Shown in pieces: positions 18,261 through 27,790 of a DNA stretch of 37,855 nucleotides. The notes below the pieces were generated by a model. It made no database searches. It worked only from the letters and a program-made list of their open reading frames with translations, and was not told the origin of the DNA. The DNA is from Mycobacterium sp. (lineage in GTDB: Bacteria; Actinomycetota; Actinomycetes; Mycobacteriales; Mycobacteriaceae): positions 1-37,855 of the forward strand of contig DASSGQ010000258.1 of assembly GCA_035693385.1 (NCBI GenBank), written 5' to 3'. Each line of letters opens with the position of its first letter. Position 1 is the stretch's first letter. Made by a program: the position numbers and the translations under genes.

Positions 18261-18353
18261 TCTTCTCCTCCTGCGCTACCGTGGGTCATCCTGCATCACG
18301 CGCCCAACACCCGCAGGCCAGGACGTACGGCGTCGCGCGTCAAACCGTGTACG

Positions 18354-18359
18354 AGACTA
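18354..18359 (-). promoter_or_regulatory. Probable -10 (TAGTCT) of the secY promoter
   Basis: TANNNT hexamer with a TG extension 94 nt upstream of secY. Confidence 0.45.
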
Positions 18360-18377
18360 ACAGCTGATCGGGCGAGA

Positions 18378-18432
18378 GCCTTTCAAGGCCCTTTCAAGGG
18401 CCTTTCAGGGGCCGTTCAGGGGCCGTTCAAGT
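18378..18432. repeat. Five tandem imperfect 11-bp repeats
   Basis: Units are GCCTTTCAAGG, CCCTTTCAAGG, GCCTTTCAGGG, GCCGTTCAGGG and GCCGTTCAAGT. Confidence 0.85.
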
Positions 18433-18754
18433 CCGGTCGAGGGGCAGGTCGCTGCGGCCGCGTAGGAACCCCCACAAGGCACAGGCGACGCTCAGCGACG
18501 AGGCGTACAGTGCTAGCTGGCTCATTGCTTTTGCTAAGTATCGAAGGCCGTCCGGGGAGCAATCTATGGCGCACCTGAGCAGCACACGGTTTAACGGCGG
18601 CACGTGTGGTCAGACGGTGGGGCTGCGGCAACGCCACGGCATCGATCTCGACAGGGCCCCCTGACCCGCCGGCCAGGCGTCCTTCGCCGAGCCCGCCGCT
18701 GCGCCGGGACCAGCCGAACCAACAACTAAAAGCCGCTCAAACCGCAGGAGCACC

Positions 18755-19660
18755 ATGACACGCACCGATCAAGACAGCTGGGACCTGGCCTCGAGTGTCG
18801 GCGCCACGGCGACCATGGTCGCCGCAGCCCGCGCGTTGGCCAGCTCAGAGACCGACGCGATCATCAGCGACCCGTTCGCCGCGCCATTGGTGCGGGCGGT
18901 CGGCGTCGACTTCTTCATCCGGCTGGTTGACGGTGCCGTCCTCCCGGCGGACGCGCCGGAGGGACAGCGGGACCTGCGGCTGGAAACGGATTCGATCGCG
19001 GTCCGCACCCGCTTTTTCGACGACTTCTTCCTCAACGCCGCCCGCGACGGCATCAAACAATCGGTGATCCTGGCCGCCGGCCTCGACGCGCGCGCCTACC
19101 GGCTGGCCTGGCCGCCGGGGAGCGCGGTCTACGAAGTCGATCAGCCCAAGGTCATCGAGTTCAAGGACGCGGCCATGGCGAACCTGAGCGCGGCCCCGTC
19201 CGCGGATCGGAGAACCGTCAGCATCGATCTGCGGGAGGATTGGCCGGCTGCGCTGCGCCGCAGCGGATTTGACGTCACGCAACCAACTTCCTGGAGCGCC
19301 GAGGGCTTGCTGATGTACCTCCCGCCGGACGCTCAGGATCGCCTTTTCGACAAGATCACCGAACTCAGCGCTCCCGGCAGCAAACTGGCCACCGAATACC
19401 ACGGCGATTCCGGCGAGACGATGACCGCCCGCGCACAGCAATTCAACGATCGATGGGCCAATCTCGGCTGCGACATCAACCTGTCGGGATTGTTCTTCGA
19501 CGGCGAGCGCAGCAATGTCGTCGACTACCTGACCGAGCGGGGCTGGCAAGTCACCACCAGGCCCCGGCGTGACTACTTCGCCGATTACGGCCGCGTCTTC
19601 CCGGAGGACGAGACATCCCAGCTTCGCAACATCGTCGCCCTTACCGCTGTCCGCATCTAG
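18755..19660 (+). CDS. SAM-dependent methyltransferase (Rv0731c/TIGR00027 family), copy 1
   Basis: [27 protein letters not shown] and SAEGLL motifs. Confidence 0.92.
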   Translation: MTRTDQDSWDLASSVGATATMVAAARALASSETDAIISDPFAAPLVRAVGVDFFIRLVDGAVLPADAPEGQRDLRLETDSIAVRTRFFDDFFLNAARDGIKQSVILAAGLDARAYRLAWPPGSAVYEVDQPKVIEFKDAAMANLSAAPSADRRTVSIDLREDWPAALRRSGFDVTQPTSWSAEGLLMYLPPDAQDRLFDKITELSAPGSKLATEYHGDSGETMTARAQQFNDRWANLGCDINLSGLFFDGERSNVVDYLTERGWQVTTRPRRDYFADYGRVFPEDETSQLRNIVALTAVRI

Positions 19661-19670
19661 GGGCACTCCC

Positions 19671-20585
19671 ATGACCGACACCAAGCGATTTGAGGGCGAC
19701 AGTTGGGATCTGGCGTCCAGCGTGGGGGCCACCGCGACGGCCGTCGCCGCGCGGCGGGCGATGGCATCGAAGGGACCGAATCCACTGATCGACGATCCGT
19801 TCGCCGAGCCGCTGGTGAACGCCGTCGGTGTCGACGCCTTCATCCGGATGATGAACGGCGAAATCGAGGTTGCCGAAGACGATCCCGCCTTCACGGCGCA
19901 ACGGCTCAGCGAAGGAATGGCGGTCCGCACCCGGTTCTTCGACTCGTTCTTCCTCAGCGCCGCGGAAGCCGGCGTCCGCCAGGCTGTCATCTTGGCCTCC
20001 GGACTCGACACCCGCGCCTACCGGCTGCCGTGGCCGGCCGGGACCGTTGTCTACGAAATCGATCAGCCGCAGGTGATCGAGTTCAAGACCCGCACCCTGG
20101 CCGATCTTGGCGCGACCCCGACGGCGGACCGCAGGGCGGTAGGGATCGACCTGCGCGATGACTGGCCGGCCGCGTTACGCGCCAGCGGATTAGGCCCGAC
20201 GCGGCCGACGGCCTGGATCGCCGAAGGACTGCTCGGGTACCTGCCGCCGGACGCCCAGGATCGCCTGTTCGACAACATCACCGCACTGTCCGCTCCCGGT
20301 AGCCGCATCGGTACCGGCTATGTTCCCGACATTGGTGACCGCGTCCAAAAGCGCGGTCGCGAGCTCAGCGAACGCTGGCGACGTATGGGGTTGAATCTCA
20401 ACTGGTCCGAATTGGTTTACGCCGACGAGCGCAACGATGTGGTGGCCTACCTTTCCGACCGTGGCTGGCAGACGACGGTGAGTAGCACACCGGAGATGTA
20501 CGCGCGCAACGGTTTTGAGTTCCCGACCGAACCGTCCTTGGTCGCGTTCGGCGATATCAAGTACGTATCCGCAACCTTGACGTAG
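19671..20585 (+). CDS. SAM-dependent methyltransferase (TIGR00027 family), copy 2
   Basis: Same family motifs. ATG at 19671 (MTDTKR). Confidence 0.92.
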   Translation: MTDTKRFEGDSWDLASSVGATATAVAARRAMASKGPNPLIDDPFAEPLVNAVGVDAFIRMMNGEIEVAEDDPAFTAQRLSEGMAVRTRFFDSFFLSAAEAGVRQAVILASGLDTRAYRLPWPAGTVVYEIDQPQVIEFKTRTLADLGATPTADRRAVGIDLRDDWPAALRASGLGPTRPTAWIAEGLLGYLPPDAQDRLFDNITALSAPGSRIGTGYVPDIGDRVQKRGRELSERWRRMGLNLNWSELVYADERNDVVAYLSDRGWQTTVSSTPEMYARNGFEFPTEPSLVAFGDIKYVSATLT

Positions 20586-20600
20586 GGGGTCGCAAGCAGT

Positions 20601-21536
20601 ATGGCCATGGCGCGCACCGACCAAGACACCTGGGATCTGGCATCGAGCGTGGGAGCGACCGCGACCTGGGTCGCCGCCGCCCGGGCGTTGGCCAGCAGGC
20701 GGCCCGACGCACTGATCGACGATCCGTTCGCCGACCCACTGGTTCGCGCGGTGGGCAAGGAATTCTTCGTGCGGGTTCTCGACGGCGAGATCACCGATGA
20801 AAGCGGCGGCCTCGACCCGGAGGCCGATCCCGACGCGGAGTTCAACCTGCAGCGGATGGTCAACATGATGGCCGTGCGCACGCGGTACTTCGACGACTTC
20901 TTCACCGACGCGGCCGCCGCCGGCGTCCGCCAGGCCGTGATTCTGGCGGCCGGCCTGGACTCGCGTCCGTACCGGCTGGCGTGGCCGGCGGGCACCGTCA
21001 CTTACGAAGTCGATCAACCCGCCGTCATCGCGTTCAAGTCCACGACGTTGTCGAACCTCGGCGCCGAGCCCACCGCGGAGCGCCGGACCGTTTCTGTCGA
21101 CCTTCGCGATGATTGGCTGACCGCGTTGCGGGACAAGGGTTTCGACGATTCGATACCGAGCGCGTGGAGCGCCGAAGGCCTGCTGATGTACCTGCCACCC
21201 GAGGCGCAGGACAGGCTGTTCGACGCCATCACCACGCTCAGCGCTCCGGGCAGTTGGCTCGCCACCGAATACCATCGCGGAGGTATGCCGTTGCTCGAGA
21301 GGCGCGCCAAGGCGATGGCGCGCCGCTGGCAGCCATACGGCTTCGACGTCGACGTCTCAACTCTGGTCTATTTCGGCGAGCGCACCCCGGCGGCAGAGTA
21401 TTTGAGCGCTCGCGGCTGGCAGGTCTCGACGTGTACCCGCGCCGACATGTTCGCCGCGGCCGGACTGCCGATACCGAGGGGTGACAGCCTGGAATCGCTG
21501 CAGAACAGCATCGCCGTGACCGCCGTTCTGCGGTAA
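20601..21536 (+). CDS. SAM-dependent methyltransferase (TIGR00027 family), copy 3
   Basis: Same family motifs. The start may be 20607. Confidence 0.92.
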   Translation: MAMARTDQDTWDLASSVGATATWVAAARALASRRPDALIDDPFADPLVRAVGKEFFVRVLDGEITDESGGLDPEADPDAEFNLQRMVNMMAVRTRYFDDFFTDAAAAGVRQAVILAAGLDSRPYRLAWPAGTVTYEVDQPAVIAFKSTTLSNLGAEPTAERRTVSVDLRDDWLTALRDKGFDDSIPSAWSAEGLLMYLPPEAQDRLFDAITTLSAPGSWLATEYHRGGMPLLERRAKAMARRWQPYGFDVDVSTLVYFGERTPAAEYLSARGWQVSTCTRADMFAAAGLPIPRGDSLESLQNSIAVTAVLR

Positions 21537-21539
21537 CGC

Positions 21540-22205
21540 TCAGCGCGGGTCGACCGCCGGCGAACGGACGACCATCGGCACCGCGGGGAAACACCACGCC
21601 ATCTCGGAGCGCGACCTGCGCAGTGCGGCGGTGCCGTAGCCCTTCTTTCGGTAGTCGGGGTGAATCCAGATCCGCACATCCACCTCGCCGTGGACCAACT
21701 CGCCGAAGACCATCCCGACCTTCTGCCCCGAATCGACGGCCACCAACCAGGTGGCCTCTTCATCGTCGACCCGCGCCAGCGCCGCGCGGATCTCGTCGTC
21801 GAGGTTGCCGGCCGGTCCGCCCGAGCCGTCGCCGGCCGCGCCCATGTCCTCGGTGCGAGCGGCGAAGATGTCGCGGTCCTCCTCGGCGGAAAAGGGCCGG
21901 AGCTCGAGGGTGTCCCCCGAGCTGGCCGGGCGCTCTTTGAGCGTGAAACTCAGCTGCTTGTTCAGGTCCTCGAGTTCGGACTGAATTTTCCTGCGCGAAT
22001 CCTTGGTGAGCTGATCGAAGGACATGCCCATGACCGCTTCGGCGCCGACATGGGAGGTTTCGAGCAAAGCCCCGATCGCTTCGACGGCGGCCGCCTTGTC
22101 CTCGGACTCCACCATGAGGTCGAGTACTTCATGCCGACGTTCGAGAGCTTTCAGCAGGGCGTCTGCGATCTCTCGACGGGCAGCTTTGCGATCCTGGTCA
22201 GTCAT
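21540..22205 (-). CDS. GNAT acetyltransferase with N-terminal helical domain (Rv0730-like)
   Basis: Acetyl-CoA motif WIHPDYRKKGYGTAAL; overlaps the xylB stop. Confidence 0.85.
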   Translation of the reverse strand: MTDQDRKAARREIADALLKALERRHEVLDLMVESEDKAAAVEAIGALLETSHVGAEAVMGMSFDQLTKDSRRKIQSELEDLNKQLSFTLKERPASSGDTLELRPFSAEEDRDIFAARTEDMGAAGDGSGGPAGNLDDEIRAALARVDDEEATWLVAVDSGQKVGMVFGELVHGEVDVRIWIHPDYRKKGYGTAALRRSRSEMAWCFPAVPMVVRSPAVDPR

Positions 22206-23580
22206 TGCACAAGCCTAGAACGCCACCGGGGGTATCGCGAGATCCTCGGTTTCCCAGTTCCAGGAACCGTTGGTAGCGGTCCTCGATCGCTGCCGCCCAG
22301 GCGGGGTCGGGGTCGACGGTGCACTCGATGGAGACCCAGCGGGCGGCATCGGCGATCGAGGTTTCCAGGCCGGCCGCGATGCGGCCCAGGAAGGCCGCTC
22401 CAAGTGCCGCCCCCTCGGCTACCCCGGACACCTGGACCGGCCGCCCGGTGGCGTCGGCGATGGCCTGCAGCCACGGCCGGATTCTGATGCCGCCACCCGC
22501 AGCCACGACGCGCGACACCGCCGCTCCGCTCAGCTCGATGAGCTGACGGACGACGAAGCCCGACGCCTCGTAGGCGGCCCGCCGCAGCGAGGCGGCGTCA
22601 TGCGTGAGATCGAGGCCGGCGAGCATCGCGCGGCGATCCGGATCGTGCAACGGCGTGCGCTCCCCGCGGATATACGGCGACCACACCGGTACCCGGCGGG
22701 GATCGACGGCCGTCGGGTCGCCCGGTCCCACAACGCGATCCACCCATCCGAGAAACAGCCCGCCCGCGTTGCTGGCTCCCCCGATCTGGCTCTTACCGGG
22801 AGCAACGTGCGGAATCGTCCACAGCCCGGGCACCTGCCGGGCCTGCGGAATGGTCGTCCACACGATCAAGGTGGTGCCGCACAGCACCAGCACGTCGCCG
22901 TCGTGGTCGGCGCCGGCCACCATCTGTTCGCACAGGGCGTCGATAGTCCCGATGCCCAGCACCGCCGGAGTCCCGTGAACCCGTCCGGCCGCCGCTCCGA
23001 TCGTCTCCGCGCGTGGCATCTGTTCGACGGTCGCGCCGCGCTCGGCGCAGGCGGCCGGGTTCCAGCCGGTTCCGTCGAAGAGGGGAAACGCCGTGGCGGC
23101 CGTGGCGAAGTCGATCACCGCCTCGCCGGCCAGGGCATGGTTGGCCACCGCCGGCGCCGGCCAGTACCCCGCCGCGTCGGGCGCCTGGCCGACCGTCCAG
23201 CGCAGGAACTCGGTCGCTTCACCCAGCGCCGGAAGCAGCGGGGCCGGTTGTCCGGGGACACTCGGAGCCCGGCCCCTGCCGTCGCCGTACAGCAGACCCG
23301 GGGTGAGCGGCCGGCCTGCCGAGTCGACGGCGGTCAGCGAAGGCGCCATCGCCGAGACCGCCACCGCGTGGGCGTTCGGACACCCGAGCTGATCCAGGGC
23401 CGCCAACGGACCCCGCCGCCACGCCCGCCCGGCGTCGTGCTCGAGCCGATCGGGGGCCGGGACCCGCAGCTCGTGCGGAATGCGCACCCGCGCCGTCACG
23501 CGGCCGTCGGCGTCGGCGGCGACCGCTTTGACCGCGGTGCGGCCGATGTCGATGCCGATTGTGACGTCTTCACGTGACAC
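22198..23580 (-). CDS. xylB: FGGY-family carbohydrate kinase (xylulokinase-like, Rv0729-like)
   Basis: IGIDIG.TAVK, PYIRGERTP and GAALGAA motifs. GTG at 23580 lies 7 nt after the -10 TACGGT. Confidence 0.85.
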   Translation of the reverse strand: MSREDVTIGIDIGRTAVKAVAADADGRVTARVRIPHELRVPAPDRLEHDAGRAWRRGPLAALDQLGCPNAHAVAVSAMAPSLTAVDSAGRPLTPGLLYGDGRGRAPSVPGQPAPLLPALGEATEFLRWTVGQAPDAAGYWPAPAVANHALAGEAVIDFATAATAFPLFDGTGWNPAACAERGATVEQMPRAETIGAAAGRVHGTPAVLGIGTIDALCEQMVAGADHDGDVLVLCGTTLIVWTTIPQARQVPGLWTIPHVAPGKSQIGGASNAGGLFLGWVDRVVGPGDPTAVDPRRVPVWSPYIRGERTPLHDPDRRAMLAGLDLTHDAASLRRAAYEASGFVVRQLIELSGAAVSRVVAAGGGIRIRPWLQAIADATGRPVQVSGVAEGAALGAAFLGRIAAGLETSIADAARWVSIECTVDPDPAWAAAIEDRYQRFLELGNRGSRDTPGGVLGLCND

Positions 23581-23610
23581 TGGCGTCACCGTACGCCAGC
23601 ATGGGGGTTC

Positions 23611-24597
23611 GTGACCTCAAGACCGCGCGCCCTCGTGACAGCCCCGCTGCGTGGACCGGGGTTCGCCAAGCTGCAGCAGCTGGCCGACGTGGTCTACGAC
23701 CCTTGGATAGGTGAGCTCGGCGCGACGCTGCGGATCTACAACGGCGAGCAGCTGGCCGAGCGGATCGCTGCCGAATCCGCTGATGTCGTTGTGGTGGAAA
23801 GTGATTCGGTACGCGGCCCGGTGTTCGACCTGGGCTTGCGCGCGATCGCGGCCACCCGGGGAGACCCCAACAACGTCGATGTCGAGGGAGCCACCGCGGC
23901 CGGTATCCCGGTGCTGAACACCCCGGCCCGCAACGCCGACGCGGTCGCCGAGCTGGCGGTGGCCCTGCTGCTCGCCACCACCCGCCACGTGGTGACGGCC
24001 GACGCCGATGTACGCAGCGGCAACATGTTTCGCGATGGCAGCATTCCCTATCAGCGATTCCGCGGCTGGGAGATCGCAGGACGCACCGCCGGACTGGTGG
24101 GCCTCGGCGCCGTCGGCCGCGCACTGCGGTGGCGGCTGTCCGGCCTGGGCATGCGGGTCATCGCCCACGACCCGTATAACGACGAAGCCCGGCACGGCCT
24201 GGACGAACTCCTGGGTGAGTCTGACGTGGTGTCGCTGCATGCGCCGGTCACCGACGACACCGTTGGCATGATCGGTGCGGGGCAGTTCGCGGCCATGCGT
24301 GACGGTGCGGTCTTCCTCAACACCGCCCGGGCCCAGCTACACGACACCGACGCGCTCGTCCACGCGCTGCGCGGCGGCAAGCTGGCCGCCGCCGGCCTGG
24401 ATCACTTCGCCGGCGAATGGCTGCCCATCGACCACCCGCTGGTGGGCATGCCCAACGTCGTCCTGACCCCGCATATCGGCGGCGCCACGTGGAACACTGA
24501 GGCTCGGCAGGCGCAGATGGTGGCCGACGACCTGGAAGCGCTGCTGTCCGGCAAGACACCCGCTCATATCGTCAACCCGGAGGTGCTGGCCTCATGA
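23611..24597 (+). CDS. serA2: D-2-hydroxyacid dehydrogenase (SerA2-like)
   Basis: GLVGLGAVG, FLNTAR and LTPHIGG motifs. Confidence 0.85.
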   Translation: MTSRPRALVTAPLRGPGFAKLQQLADVVYDPWIGELGATLRIYNGEQLAERIAAESADVVVVESDSVRGPVFDLGLRAIAATRGDPNNVDVEGATAAGIPVLNTPARNADAVAELAVALLLATTRHVVTADADVRSGNMFRDGSIPYQRFRGWEIAGRTAGLVGLGAVGRALRWRLSGLGMRVIAHDPYNDEARHGLDELLGESDVVSLHAPVTDDTVGMIGAGQFAAMRDGAVFLNTARAQLHDTDALVHALRGGKLAAAGLDHFAGEWLPIDHPLVGMPNVVLTPHIGGATWNTEARQAQMVADDLEALLSGKTPAHIVNPEVLAS

Positions 24598-25250
24598 AGT
24601 TCGTGGATAGTCCAGAAACCGCGGTGCTGGACGCGGCCAAGGACATGCTGCGCCGCGGTCTGGTTGAGGGCACCGCCGGCAACATCTCGGCGCGCCGCTC
24701 CGACGGCAACATCGTCATCACGCCGTCGTCGGTCGACTATCGCGATATGCAGCTCGATGACCTCGTGCTGGTCGACCCGGACGGCGCCGTCCTGCAGGCC
24801 GCGGCGGGTCGCTCGCCGTCGTCGGAATCCAAGCTGCATCTGGCGTGCTACCACGCGTTCGACGACATCGGCAGCGTCATTCACAGCCACCCGGTGTGGG
24901 CGACCATGTTCGCGATCGCGCACCAGCCGATCCCCGCCTGCATCGACGAGTTCGCGGTCTATTGCGGCGGGGACGTGCGGTGCACCGAGTACGCCGCGTC
25001 CGGCACACCCGAGGTTGGCGCCAACGCGGTCAAGGCGCTCGACGGCCGGGCGGCGGCCCTGATCGCCAACCATGGCCTGGTGGCCGTGGGGCCTCGACCG
25101 GACAAGGTCCTGCACGTCACCGCCCTGGTCGAGCGCACCGCCCAAATCGTCTGGGGTGCAAGAGCTCTCGGTGGACCGGTGCCTATTCCCGAGGACGTCA
25201 ACCGCAACTTCGCAATGGTCTACAGCTATCTGCGCGCCAACCCTCTGTAA
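24594..25250 (+). CDS. fucA: Class II aldolase, L-fuculose-phosphate aldolase-like
   Basis: GNIS, PSSE, HSH and NHG zinc motifs. ATGA overlap with serA2. Confidence 0.9.
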   Translation: MKFVDSPETAVLDAAKDMLRRGLVEGTAGNISARRSDGNIVITPSSVDYRDMQLDDLVLVDPDGAVLQAAAGRSPSSESKLHLACYHAFDDIGSVIHSHPVWATMFAIAHQPIPACIDEFAVYCGGDVRCTEYAASGTPEVGANAVKALDGRAAALIANHGLVAVGPRPDKVLHVTALVERTAQIVWGARALGGPVPIPEDVNRNFAMVYSYLRANPL

Positions 25251-25253
25251 CGA

Positions 25254-25315
25254 CGCCGAGTGTGAACCACGCGACGGGACACGCCGTCAAGCCGTCGTGA
25301 GATTCACTCTGGGCG
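25254..25315. terminator. Imperfect inverted repeat between convergent genes (terminator or REP-like)
   Basis: CGCCGAGTGTGAACCACGCGACGG pairs imperfectly with CCGTCGTGAGATTCACTCTGGGCG. Confidence 0.55.
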
Positions 25316-25341
25316 TTAGGTATTGGGCGGCTTCGCCCCGT

Positions 25342-26574
25342 CTAGCGCTGGTCGATGGCAACCTTCACGGCCCCGCTCCGGCCCTGGTTGGCGATCGCGA
25401 GGAAGGCATCGCGCCACTGCTCGAGCCCGAAGGTGTGGGTCAGCATAGGACGCAGGTCCACCCGGCCCGCGGCCACCAGGTCGAGGTAGTGGGCGATGGC
25501 GTGCTTGCGCTGGCCTTCGACCTCTTCGATCCCGAAGGCATTGCTGCCCACCCAGCTGATCTCCTTGAAGTACAGCGGACTCCACTCCCATCGTCCCGGC
25601 GCGTGGACGCCTGCTTTCACCAAGGTCCCACGGGCGCACAAGACCCGCACCCCCACTTCGAACGTCTCCGGCTTGCCGATCGTGTCGTACACCACCTCGA
25701 CCGCTCCGGGGTAGGCCATCGGCAAGCCCAGCAGCGGCCGGCGCAGCCGGCCACCGCCCCAGGCGACGACGTCCTCGATGACGGCCAGGCTCGGTTCGTG
25801 CGCCAGCACCAATGACGCCCCGAACCGGCGGGCCAGTTCCGCCTGGGCCCCGAAGCGGGCCACCACCGCGACCGCCACGTCGGGGTAGAGCGCCCGCAGG
25901 ATCGCGACCGCGCACAACCCGAGCGACCCGGCCCCATACACCAGGACTCGGCCCGCGCGGGGCGGGGGGTGGCGGGTGATCGCGTGCAGCGACACCGAGA
26001 ACGGGTCGGCGAACACGGCCAATTCGTCGGGAATCGACTCCGGAACGGCGAACAGCATGCTGTCGTGCGCCGGCATCAATTCGGCGTATCCGCCCGTCAC
26101 ATCTGCCGAGACCCCGGTGTGGATGCCGGGCTTGATGTCGCCGTCGGTGAAGCTCCAGCACAGGCTGTAGTCGCCGTTCTCGCAGGCGGGGCAGGGCGGC
26201 TCGACGCCGCGCGGCCCGCAGGACAGCCACGGGTTGAGCACCACGCGCTGCCCCTCCTGCAGCCCTCGTGCCTCCGGACCCACCTCGACCACGTCGGCGA
26301 CCACCTCGTGACCCATCACCTGGGGGAAGGAACAGAAGGCGGCCATGGCGTTATCGGCGTCGCCCTCGCCGAAATCCATCAGGATCTGCTTGGAGTCCGA
26401 CCCGCAGATGCCGGTCAGCCGCGGCCGGGTGATCACCCAATCCCGATGCAGCAGCCGCGGATCCGGCACCTCTCGCAGCGCCGTCGGGGTTCGGGCCAAG
26501 TTCTTGGTCAGCGTGTTGGCGCCATCGGGAATCGCGTACGGCTCCGGCGGCACACCATAGACGAGCGCCTTCAT
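25342..26574 (-). CDS. Zinc-dependent medium-chain (sugar-alcohol-type) dehydrogenase
   Basis: GICGSD, MGHE, the structural-Zn Cys cluster (C..CPAC..C) and YGAGSLG. Confidence 0.9.
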   Translation of the reverse strand: MKALVYGVPPEPYAIPDGANTLTKNLARTPTALREVPDPRLLHRDWVITRPRLTGICGSDSKQILMDFGEGDADNAMAAFCSFPQVMGHEVVADVVEVGPEARGLQEGQRVVLNPWLSCGPRGVEPPCPACENGDYSLCWSFTDGDIKPGIHTGVSADVTGGYAELMPAHDSMLFAVPESIPDELAVFADPFSVSLHAITRHPPPRAGRVLVYGAGSLGLCAVAILRALYPDVAVAVVARFGAQAELARRFGASLVLAHEPSLAVIEDVVAWGGGRLRRPLLGLPMAYPGAVEVVYDTIGKPETFEVGVRVLCARGTLVKAGVHAPGRWEWSPLYFKEISWVGSNAFGIEEVEGQRKHAIAHYLDLVAAGRVDLRPMLTHTFGLEQWRDAFLAIANQGRSGAVKVAIDQR

Positions 26575-26723
26575 CGCGGCGCCCTAAGGCCGGCGTTCGC
26601 GGCGTCGACGACCTCTTGAGTGTCCGGGACGTAGTGCTCGAATTCGTCGCCGCCCAAGGCCGCCCCCAAACCCGGCGAAGCGCCGGTGCTGAGCACCCGT
26701 TTGCCGGCCGCCGTGTACGCCAT
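26571..26723 (-). pseudogene. Internally deleted short-chain dehydrogenase remnant (50 aa)
   Basis: Hand translation gives MAYTAAGKRVLSTGASPGLGAALGGDEFEHYVPDTQEVVDAANAGLRAPR, containing the SDR TGxxxGxG motif. The stop overlaps the dehydrogenase ATG. Confidence 0.7.
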
Positions 26724-26822
26724 CAATCAAGGTTGCCGCGATTCGGTTCGGGCGTACAGTGTGGAGCTTGTTATACTGACTAAGTATTAGATGAAGTAAT
26801 TGCGTCCGATAAGGGGAAATGC

Positions 26823-27779
26823 ATGACGTCCACTCGCTACGAGGGAGATACCTGGGACCTGGCGTCCAGCGTCGGCGTGACCGCGACGATGGTGGCCGCG
26901 GCCCGCGCGATGGCCAGCAGGGTCGACCGTCCGCTGATCGACGATCCGTACGCGGAGCCGCTGGTCAGGGCGGTCGGTGTGGACCTGCTGACCCGGCTGG
27001 CCAGCGGCGAGTTGGATCCCGACGATTTGAACGATGTACATGACGGCGCGACCGGATCCGCCGGCGCCATGTCCCGCATGGCCGACAACATGGCGGTGCG
27101 GACCAAGTTCTTCGACGAGTTCTTCCTGGGCGCCACGAACGCCGGTATCAAGCAGGCCGTGATCCTGGCCTCCGGCCTGGACGCCCGCGCGTACCGTTTG
27201 CCGTGGCCCGCCGGAACCGTGGTCTACGAGGTCGACCAGCCGCAAGTCATCGAATTCAAATCCCGCACGCTGGCCGAGCTGGGCGCCGCACCCACCGCCG
27301 AACGGCGTGCTGTGGCTATCGACCTGCGCGAGGACTGGCCCGCCGCATTGCGCGCCGCCGGATTCGATCCGGCCCAGCCGACCGCATGGAGCGCCGAAGG
27401 CCTGCTTGGCTACCTGCCACCCGAGGCCCAGGACCGCCTGCTGGACACCATTACCGAACTCAGCGCGCCGGGGAGCCGGCTCGCCACCGAAAGTGCACCC
27501 AACCCGGAGCCCGGTGACGAGGAGAAGATGAGGGAGCGCATGCAGGCGATCTCCGAGCGTTGGCGTGCCCACGGCTTCGATCTCGACATGGCCGGTCTCG
27601 TCTACTTCGGCGAGCGCAACGAAGCAGCCCCCTACCTGAGCGGGCACGGCTGGCAGCTGACCAGTGCCAGCATTCGAGAACTGTTCGCAGACAACGGCCT
27701 TCCGCCGTTCGAGGACGACGACATGCGCATGGGCGAAATGCTCTACACCAGCGGCACCCTGAACTCGAACGCGAAATAG
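26823..27779 (+). CDS. SAM-dependent methyltransferase (Rv0726c-like), copy 4
   Basis: Same family motifs. Confidence 0.92.
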   Translation: MTSTRYEGDTWDLASSVGVTATMVAAARAMASRVDRPLIDDPYAEPLVRAVGVDLLTRLASGELDPDDLNDVHDGATGSAGAMSRMADNMAVRTKFFDEFFLGATNAGIKQAVILASGLDARAYRLPWPAGTVVYEVDQPQVIEFKSRTLAELGAAPTAERRAVAIDLREDWPAALRAAGFDPAQPTAWSAEGLLGYLPPEAQDRLLDTITELSAPGSRLATESAPNPEPGDEEKMRERMQAISERWRAHGFDLDMAGLVYFGERNEAAPYLSGHGWQLTSASIRELFADNGLPPFEDDDMRMGEMLYTSGTLNSNAK

Positions 27780-27790
27780 GAGCTACCGGA

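Noticed and set aside
18378-18432. Possible CRISPR array
   Set aside because: The 11-bp units are contiguous with no spacers, and there are no cas genes in the window.
18416-18754. Small ORF (18416-18637) or sRNA in the secY-methyltransferase spacer
   Set aside because: No motif, RBS or recognisable RNA structure supports it, and the ORF runs into the tandem repeat.
25263-25290. TGAACC-N16-CGTCAA, a SigL-like match on the plus strand
   Set aside because: It lies within an intergenic inverted repeat and points into the 3' end of a convergent gene with no sense gene downstream, so it is probably chance.
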